From: Toensbergia leucococca
Taxonomy: Eukaryota
Assembly (NCBI GenBank): GCA_022813965.1
Contig: JALDZS010000072.1
Location: 1 to 64,000 of the forward strand
Reading direction: 5' to 3'
Length of the DNA stretch: 64,000 bases
Shown here: positions 54,698-64,000 of the stretch, in pieces
Numbering within the stretch: position 1 is the first letter of the stretch
Layout of the letters: every line of letters starts with the position of its first letter
The notes under the pieces: generated by a model
What the model saw: only the letters and a program-made list of their open reading frames with translations
What the model was told of the DNA's origin: nothing
Databases searched by the model: none
Translations under genes and position numbers: made by a program

Positions 54698-57600
54698 TCA
54701 CGCCGCCGGATTAGCTCCATCCCCGTCATCCTCTTCAGCCAAGCTCTCTGCCTTGGCCATCTTCAAACTCTTGACATTCCAACCTTCTCCTTCAGTGACC
54801 CAGTCCTTTCTTTCGCCCAGTACGGTAAGATTAGCTCCCCGCATGCCCTCGACAAGGTACTTCTGAGCCACGTCCCGTAAATCCTCCCTCTTCACATCCA
54901 ATAGCCGCTCCCTCTGCCTCTGCTCCATGTCCTCGTCAACCCCACTCACAAACCGCGTCATACCCTCTTCGCTCACGCTCTCCGGCGCATCCACACCTTG
55001 GAAGACACTCAACTTTGCCTCCTCGAGATCTTGATTGGTCCATTCCTTATCGCGGGCCCATGAGCCTGAATCTTGCATGATCTTGATGGTGTTCTGAGGA
55101 TTTGGATCACGGTAGCTGTAATAGCCGAAAACACCGCTGAGACTTCTGGCGTAGGCCCCACCACCATAAGCTCCACCTTTCTCGCGAATTTCGTGGTGGA
55201 GGTATTTGTGCGTAAGGAGTTGGGAGAGAATCTGGAGCGGCGCGCTTGATGGATGGACATAGGGTACTGTGGATAGAGCGAGTGCTGAGTAATAGACTTG
55301 GTATGGAAGAGGGAAGAATGTCTTCGTATCTCGGGTATTGGGTATAAATGGGACGATTGGCTCCAAAATGCCAGACTTTGAAGGAAGAGTTGCAAGAAAA
55401 TTTTCAAGGGCAGCTACGTTGTCAGAAACTGATTCTGAGCCGCACGTAAGAGCAGTTCTGAATGTGGAGGAGTTGGAGATAGCGAATTGCTGTATGACTT
55501 TCAACTTTACAATGATATCTGAAAGGCCTTCCGACGGCGAGCGCGCTGCGAGAGCAGCAGTGTGTTGCACCTGTGTCAGGCCTCCAATTTGCTCATTTAG
55601 CCAACCGTGTGTCGTCAGACCTGATGCTGCAAAGCGACGAGCATAAGAGTGTCCAGAGCTTGCTACTGCGTTCAGAGCACCACTTGCATCTCCCTGCAGC
55701 AGCTGTCTGATCTTGTTTTCAGCCTCCGGGTGATCAAAATCGGTTTCTTGTAGTAGCACCCGAAGAAGCTCATACATTGCTGGGACATTGTTGTCTAAGG
55801 CGTAACCTGAAAAGGACAGCCCCTCTTTGGAGCTTCTTGGCTCTAACGGACTAGGTGATGAATGATATGAAACTCTGAGACCACCGGTTTTTAGCTTGAT
55901 TAGGTCTTCAAGCTCTTCCATAGACTTGTCTTTTGTCCCGATCCGCATGATAGAATCCGTGAAGAGAGGTACGAGCATTCGCAATTCTTGTGGAAGTCCT
56001 TCGAACGTGTTAATGGCCCGAAAATAAGTCAATCCGTTGGTGCTTGCCTCTCGCCATTGCACTCGAACCTCACCAAGTGATGTATCGCGCGTGGCCTTCT
56101 TCTCCGCTTGACGTGGTATATCTTTCACATGTACAGTAGGCAGACACTTTAAATCTTGGTTCCTTGCTCTCTCTTGTACATCTAGCAATTCAAGCTCACG
56201 CGCCGTAAGTTGATCACGGGCTTCACGATCTCCCCCGGCTTTTTGAGATACTTCCAATACCTTACGTTCCAAGCGTGTTGCCTCCTCGCTAGCGAGCTCA
56301 TATCCATAGGTTTCAGAGGGTGCCATCGTAAATGTCAAAGTGCGATCATTCAATAAATACTTCTCAAGTAAGCGCTCGAGATATCCTTCTTTTGCATGAC
56401 TTTGCTTAAAGGCCGCTACGATTTCATTCCATGCAATTGCGTCGAAGGGATCAACGCCATTGAACCACCCAGGCTGCAGCCGTTGCATGATACCCATGCC
56501 GAAATTGGCCGTCTTATGCTTTAAACTGAGTTCAAGTTGATGGAGTAAGCCATCAACTTTGCCCTTCTCGAAACCTTTGCGATGGGTCTCGAGAAGCGTA
56601 GATTTGATTGCATCTCGCACCTTGGGAACGTCGAGTTCTTTGACGCCGTTGAGGCCAACTGAGAAGATACCGACTTTGCCTGCATTATCATATCCTGTGT
56701 TGGGGCTCCAGTCTGGGCCCAGGCCAGCTTCGATGAGGCCTCGATATAGTGGCGACCCGTAACCGTCAAGCAAAAGCGAGGACATCACGTTCAGTGAAAA
56801 TGCTTCTAACATGTTAGACGTATCTCCCATAAGCCAAGACGTGGACGTCTTATATTGCATATCTTTATCTACTAAGGGGTCCGTAGGGCCTTTGATAGTG
56901 TAATCTAAGGGACCATCTTGTAGGCCTATAGGTATTTTGATCGCTTTGTCAGCTTTGATCTTCTCAAATATCTCAAATTGTCTTCCAACCTCCCGGAGAT
57001 GATCTGCTAAAGGCATGTCTCCATAAGTGAAGAGTTTAGCGTTACTGGGATGATAGTTTTTCGTATGAAAATCCTTTAGATTTTGATAGGTCAAATCAGT
57101 CATCTTTTGAGGGTCGCCGCCTGAATTATTGATGTCTGGAAATATATGGTCTTGAAACTTGATGTAGTACAGATAGCTTGCGTCTGACATTTGCCCCTTC
57201 ATCTCATTGTACACTACGCCTTTGAAAACTAACTTTTCTTCCGCATTGCCGTTGGTCATGCTACTTTTGGCGAGTGGATTTTCTGGGCCAATTCTCCACC
57301 CTTCTTGGGCATAGTCGCTTTCGTTGAGTAGTGGATGAAGCGTAGCATCCAAGTAGACAGACATGAGATTGTTAAAATCCTTTCGATTCGTAGTAGCAAA
57401 TGGGTATGTAGTATGATCTGAGGACGTAAAGGCATTCATAAAATTCGAAAGAGAGCGAGGGAGCATTTTGAAGAAAGGGTCACGGACTGGGTATCTGCGG
57501 AATATTCAGCAATAGTCCTTTGTACTTCCAACTAGCTGCATTTACTTTTCGCTCCCGCACAATGTGGTGTGCTCCAGTATGTGAGGAACGCCGGTATCGT

Positions 57601-57910
57601 CGGGAGGATTAGTCTTGAAGCCAATCGAAAATACATTGTTTTTGTCATCTCTCGCAATGTGCAAATATTCAGCTCCAGTCTTCTCATGCTGCAGGTCAAA
57701 TGCGGTGAGCTGTAGTTCAGGAACATGCTTTGTGCGTCGAAGGGTGAAGCCATGTAGCGATTCTCCCGGCTTGGGGAACTTTTGAAGGTCAGCGATAGTA
57801 GCAAACTTCCGTCGGCTCGGATGTTGGCGAAGGCCTGACCCTCTTCGGACAGCTTGGATGCAATGCTCAGGTCTATACCATGCTGGGCAGTTGATGGAGG
57901 TCCGCAGCAT
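54698..57910 (-). CDS. CYM1: Mitochondrial presequence protease (pitrilysin family M16C), 2 exons
   Basis: Arg-rich presequence from MLRTS, inverted zinc motif [46 protein letters not shown]. Confidence 0.96.
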
Positions 57911-58585
57911 TGCAACAAGCCAATATCTATTTCGGGAAGGAATCAAGAAAGTGGTGATGATGCTTCGAGACTGGCGATGCTTGCACCAGTACTCGCCGGA
58001 GAGGAAAAGGTGTTTGTCCGACAGGCTTTGGATGCCCGGCCGGAGAAACTCCCGGGTGCGTGCACCCGAACCTTCAATTTCGTCAGTGCGCGTTCGTTAC
58101 TTTGCCCCCCATATCAGAAGAAGACGAGGTTGAGTCTGCTAGTCACCTATCGTGAGGATTCTTTCACTTCACCGCCCATGTCATGTGCAGACGATTGACT
58201 TCTCCATGACCCCAGATCCGGTGCTCGGAACCAAACTCTACCTACTCCCATAGCCGAGCCTGGAAAAGAAGCCCAAAAGTCTGGAAACTATCTGAAGATC
58301 CCATACGGACCATCTTCAAATCAATACCTTACTATCGACCTAGTCTTGCCTAGCATTCCTTCCCGCCACCGTCCAGTTTCATAGGAAGACGATCACTGTA
58401 AATACCCCAAGACACTTGACTTTTCAGGTCTCAGATATCCACGAGCCAGCACCCGAATAAAACTTCTTTCAGCTTCCCCAGTATATGCCGCAAGGGGTTG
58501 TATCAGAGGTTGCTATGCTTAGAGATCATTCCTGACTGCGTCGATCCTGCATCTCAGATTTCAAGATTAGAATATCATATCAACT

Positions 58586-60712
58586 ATGGCGGGCGTAGTT
58601 CCTCAACCCCGTACGGCGTCTACGAGCTCTCGTTCCTCCTCAGTCGTCAATGGAAATTCCAACCTGGATTATATTAATGGTCATGCCGGATTACCCGAAT
58701 CCCCATCGGCGAATCTAGCGCCAGTCGCTCCTGCACCAAAAAAAGGAAAGGGCAAGAAGGCTGCGGATCCTAACGAAACGGGAAAACTTCTGGCTGCGAA
58801 AATAAACCAGCTGGAGCTTGACGCGGCTGGGGAGAAGGACCAAGAAGCAGAAATTGGTTCGTGCTTTTCAGATATACCCTTTCATACTCACGCTCTTGGA
58901 GAGATAATCGAGAAAATGCGCAAGCACGGTCTCCCTAAACAGGCCATATGCGATATGGTGACTGTCTGGAGCATCACCGATGGAAACATGATATCCGATC
59001 AGCCAGGAGCGTTGAATACCCTGCAAATGGGCCTGACCTCATTGGATAAGCATGATCTTCCCACAGATGTGATTGCTACTGTCATCAGAGCGCGGGAGAT
59101 GCTCGAGAAAAGCCTCGCTGCACCCGTTTCCGCACAGGATAAACCCGATTTATCAAGCACCCAGGCTACCGATGAAGAGACACACAAGCTGACAACTGAA
59201 CTTGTAAAACACGTAGAGCGAGAGGTCAAAAAAGCAACCCGAGACTTGACGAGCCTACTCACTGGTATGGAGACCGGCCTCCCTCGCCTTGAAGCGGTAC
59301 AGAAGAAGTACACGGAGCTTCTTTCAGATATGAAGAAGACAGACCGCGAACTTGGAAAGAGCAAAAAGCGTGCCGATCAATTGCAAAAGGAGAAAGACCA
59401 AGGACGTTCCGAACTTAGCAAGACTGCCAGTATGAAGGAGAAGCTAGAAAAACTGTGTCGAGAGCTTACTCGTGAAAACAAAAAAATGAAGGTCAGTTGC
59501 AGATATCAAACTCCACACAATACAAGAGTACCGAGAAGCTCGTACTAATAGGAACGATACATTTATTACTTTGCATCCCTTTTCAAGTACGCTGACTTGT
59601 TGTTTCTACCAACTAGGAAGAACACAAGAAAATGGAAGATAGTGAGAAAAAGAGCCGTGAGGCACTTGGTGAGAAGATTGAGTGCATTCTCTCAGACGTC
59701 AACGAAATTATGGAACAAAAAGATAATCCCGCGAGCCAAAAGTTCAGCATGGAGACGGATGAGCTGTATGTATACCTACGATGCAGCCACCATCTTCCGT
59801 AATTATTAACAATTTACTTTATAGTTTCGCCAAGAAATTCAAGTCTCTCTTCGATCAATATGACCTCCGTGAGCTCCACTTCTACTCACTCATGCGTACC
59901 AAGGAGTGCGAAGTCCAATATAATCTGGCTCGCTACGAGCAGCAACGCAAGATTGCCGAAAGTGAGGCGAATAGATCACGGACCCTCAGTGCCCAGGTCT
60001 CTACCTTTTCTCAGACTGAGACGGAACTGCGTAGTCAGTTGAATATCTACGTAGAGAAATTTAAACAGGTGAGCACTTGCTCATGTTGTGCTGCAGTATA
60101 TCCAGCATCACACCTTGGAGTTTTCCGCTCCTATCACTACTCGAACTCTTTGTGATCCGTTTCTTTTCTTATAATTTCCATCTCACAAGTGTCTGACATG
60201 TGTTTTCGCTGCAGGTGGAGGATACTCTGAATAATTCCAACGACCTTTTTCTTACCTTTCGTAAGGAGATGGAAGAAATGTCAAAGAAGACCAAGCGCCT
60301 TGAGAAGGAGAACCTAAATCTTACTCGCAAACACGACTTGACTAACCGCAATATACTCGAAATGGCCGAAGAGAGGACCCGAGTCAACAAAGAGATGGAG
60401 ACGCTTCGCAAGAAAAACAACACTTTGGAAAGCGTTATTCGTCGTATGCAAGATCAAGGGCGTGCACCAGCGGCTGGGACCGCTATCGAAGGCGATGAAG
60501 AAGGTACGGAGAGCGACTACGAGGAGGACGAATATGATGAGGAAGAGGGTAGCGAAGAGGGAGAGTATGACGATGATACGGAGGAAGAGGCGCTGCAAGC
60601 TCAAGCTGGGAGTCTCCCTACCTTTGGTCCGGTCCCTCCACCATCCACGTCTGCTCAAGCTCAGGTCAACGGCAAGGCTAATGGCGAGATCAATGGTGTC
60701 CTGTCTTCGTGA
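58586..60712 (+). CDS. Taxilin-family (myosin-like) coiled-coil protein, multi-exon
   Basis: KEKLEKLCRELTREN, QYDLRELHF, ETELRSQLNIYVEKFKQVEDTLNNSNDLFLTFRKEMEEMSKKTKRLEKEN, acidic tail. Confidence 0.9.
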
Positions 60713-60933
60713 CTTGGATTGCCTTGGCGATGTTCAAACTACGTTGATCTGGATCGTCCTAGTATTGGCGGTTGGACAGAAGACTCGCTTCCATGCATAG
60801 CACAAGGGTGATTTAAAGAAGTATTGTAGTAGCACTGAAAGAACAGACATCATTCACAATAGCTGCATGACTTGGTAGGATAGGATTGGGTTCTTGCTCT
60901 CATAAGTAAATCATGTGTCCGTGATCGTAACAT

Positions 60934-62146
60934 CTACAACATGGCCTTCCACCCCCCTCCATCGACGCTGCCATCTTTTGGCTTCTCGATTCCTAGGTGG
61001 TGTGCCACCTGACCGATGTGGTCGAAGCCCCAGAAACATTCTTTCGCGCCTTCGGCATTGGTTGCTTCTGCTTGTCAGTGCTCCTTTGTCTATTAATCAA
61101 GCGAGCGTTGTAGCGTACCAGCAAACCAAGGCAGCCCAAATGCGCCTTCTCTGAACGCCTCGTCGGTCTTGGCCGTCAGAAGCTTCTTAGTTTCGGGGAC
61201 AGTACTCTATCCATGCCCGTTAGCTATGAGATACTACGTGGAAGAACACGAAACGGTCCGAGGGCCTATGTAGAGTACCTTGGCTAGAACCTCTTCCGCT
61301 ACTTCTTTTCCAAGAAATTTCTCGAGTATGGGCATGAATAATTCGGCATTGTGAATTGGTTTGCGTTCCACAAAGGAGGCATGGTATAAAGCAGCAAAAG
61401 CATCAGGTATCCTGCCTGGACATGCGATGGTCATGGCACACAAGGCCCTTTGAACCTAGTCACGGTATTAAGAGTGATATCATGCGTGTCAGACCACATA
61501 TGATAGCACTCACGGGTAAAGTCACCGCTGGGAACCCTTCTGGCATTAGATCTGCCATAGGAACGTTGAATTGGCGTGCCCACCGCATACGGTCAACTTG
61601 AACCCATGGGCCTTTGTCTGTAGGGAAGGTTAGAAAAAGCTATAGAGGGGAGGCTGGAGATTTGTAGAAATACTTTTTATCTCGACGGGTGGTTTGTTGC
61701 CGCAGGCGTGCATGATACCGCCCAGAAAAACGGGTATGAAGGTGACGTCGCATTGCTTGAATACTGGGGACGTCTATTGCCAGTATCTTCCGTCAGTGCT
61801 GGCTTCAGCAATTTCTTTGTTTGTCTTCCAACACCTTGTGAAATCATTCGAAGCACTGTGCCGTATGAAGCAGCATGACCTTCTTAACCAATGCCAGACA
61901 CCTGGAATGTGAGAAGAGAACAGATACGTAAGGTTTCACATAGGATAGACAGAAGACTAATGACGGGCAAGGAGTTTATGAACAGGGCAAATTAAAACGA
62001 CACTCGGGATACGATATATGTGGAATCGGGAGACAGTTAGCCAGCGGCAAATATGAAGTACTATGGCTTACATTAACCACAAAAAATGCCAAATAGGCAA
62101 ATGGGCTAACAGTGTCAAGGTACACGGTAAGCTTTGGTCTTGCCAT
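60934..62146 (-). CDS. Glutathione S-transferase kappa / HCCA isomerase (DsbA-like), 6 exons
   Basis: YLDTVSPFAY, PVFLGGIMHACGNKPP, RWARQFNVP, GAFGLPWF, FWGFDH, C-terminus WKAML* (possible PTS1 variant). Confidence 0.9.
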
Positions 62147-62592
62147 AATGATGAAGTCAACTTGGGCGAGGGGAGACACAATTTCAGGGGCCAAAGAGAT
62201 CAGTGAATAGAATTGGCTGATCTCAATATTCTAGAGGACCTGTCGGATATCCACAGATCAACGTTCTGTAGAACTCGTACGTATACTCCTTAATAAGAAC
62301 GGAAGAGAGATAGTACTCGTGGACTCGAAGGATTCCTTCTTGTCCATAATGTCACGGATACCACCCTCGCCACGGGGAAGTCACAGCTCACAAGCGAGTC
62401 CGGCTCTGGCTCGGATCATTATTGCTGTCTCACCACTTTTCCACTTTTGCACACTTCCTGATTCCTCTAGAATACCAACATGTCCGCAGAGCTTCAGAGA
62501 CCTTTGTGTTCATACGAACACATTGTTTATTGAGTCTACATTTCAGCTAGTCGTTCTTTAGACGTCACTCCTTTCATCGCTGCTTTCACAAC

Positions 62593-64000
62593 ATGACTAC
62601 TGCCCTGAGCAAACGCCATCAGGCCCGAAACGAGAGGGCACTTCAGGAGCTGATCAAGACCGTGCCGGGGAACGATAAATGTGCAGATTGCCAAGCCAAA
62701 AACCCAGGTACCTCACTCCTTCAGACTGGTGTCGCTCGCTGTATTAAGCTGACATGTACCGTGGATAGGATGGGCTAGTTGGAATGTAAGACTCCGTTGT
62801 TTCAATCGGGATTGGGAATTGGTGAACAAGTAATTGACAGGAGTTTGGAATTATAGCTGGGCATTTTTCTATGCATGCGATGTGCCGCTCTCCACCGCAA
62901 GCTCGGAACCCACATATCCAAGATCAAGTCGCTGAGCATGGACAGCTGGTCCAACGATCAAGTAGATGTCAGTTGCTTACATTTTCATCCCCACGTCAAA
63001 ATTGCGCCCCTATTGACAATTTTGAAGATTATGAAGCGTACTGGGAATACCGCCTCGAATCGAATATACAACCCCCAGAACACGAAGCCCCCGATACCCC
63101 TTGATATAGATGAGGTCAATTCGGCAATGGAGAAACATCTGAAGCAAAAATATGATCAACGACTGTTCTCTGGTGGATCCGTATCCTCGAATATACGCCA
63201 TGATACTGGTAGCACAGTAAGCTCAGAAGATCGACCACCTCCTCTGCCACCCAAACCTGCTAGGCGCTTTGGCTTTGGTTTGCGCGCTTCATCTTCAGCC
63301 CTCCCTTTATCGAGGAGCACTCAAATTTCCCCACCAGTATCCCCGGGCCCCGATGGCACGTATGGTCTTGGCCCATCATCGCCGCCGCCAATCCGAGCCA
63401 ACAAACAGTCGAGAGTCTTTGGTGCAATTGTGGGCGGTACTCCGGAAAACATAGAGTCGAAACTCGCCATGTTAAGAGATATGGGATTCCGGGATGATAA
63501 GCGCAATGTCAATATTTTACGGGGACTTGATGGTGATCTTGAGCGGGCAATCGAGTCCCTTGTGCGACTCGGGGAGGGTAGTACTCCAGCTTCAACTTCG
63601 AGATCGTCAGCACAAAGCAAGGCTGCCAGTACACAGGCTGCGTCTCAGGAAGCTGAATATCAAAGCATTTTGAGCCAGCATGGGCAAGTAAACAGTCAAG
63701 TCGTACTTCAACACCCTTCACAGGACTATCAGAATTCCAACCCTTCGAACCCGTTTCAGCAGCAAGACCATGAGCCTCAGCCAGCCTATGACTTAGAGAA
63801 CAATATCCACAACCTACAAATATCACAACCGCTTTTCCTCAACTCCACGGGAGGTTACCCTAGCCAGCAGCAACAAATTCAAGAAATGCGATTCCAACAA
63901 TCAATGACGCCTCCCGTTCCCCAACTTTCTCAACATTACGTGTATTCAGACCAGTATTCGCAGCCCTTACAATCGCCTACCTCTACCTACAATCCATTTC
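62593..64000 (+). CDS. GTS1: ArfGAP plus UBA domain protein (Gts1/Ucp3-like), truncated at the window end
   Basis: CADCQAKNPG|WASWN|LGIFLCMRCAALHRKLGTHISKIKSLSMDSW with a 17-nt micro-exon (62769-62785); UBA-like LRDMGF..D..N..IL....GDLERAIESL; NPF motif. Confidence 0.88.

Overview
Gene-dense, intron-containing genomic DNA from a filamentous ascomycete (Pezizomycotina; GT-AG introns of about 50-60 nt with CTRAC-type branch points). About 23 protein-coding genes are supported. In order: an Fe/2OG dioxygenase-like gene, MDM20, ILM1, CDC43, MNS1, RPT4, ENO1, HCR1, a CAMK-like kinase, a head-to-head RAD16/RAD7 pair, a thioesterase, four orphan or surface-protein genes, a YOR1-like ABCC transporter, CAR2 (ornithine aminotransferase), GPI10, CYM1, a taxilin-family gene, a kappa-class GST and a 3'-truncated ArfGAP-UBA gene. 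The best non-coding lead is a ~1 kb highly self-complementary region between the convergent GPI10 and CYM1 genes. On the minus strand it resembles a fungal telomerase RNA (enclosing helix, unpaired CCUAAACCCUA template, long arm, pseudoknot-like segment), would predict a non-TTAGGG telomere, and starts only ~45 nt after the CYM1 stop. This is an unverified manual fold. Other findings are a near-perfect 156-bp TA-flanked MITE, a ~1 kb decayed palindrome, a 360-nt stop-free in-frame intron in the taxilin gene, and a RAD7 start codon split by an intron. All exon boundaries and pairings were read by eye; no searches or folding programs were run.
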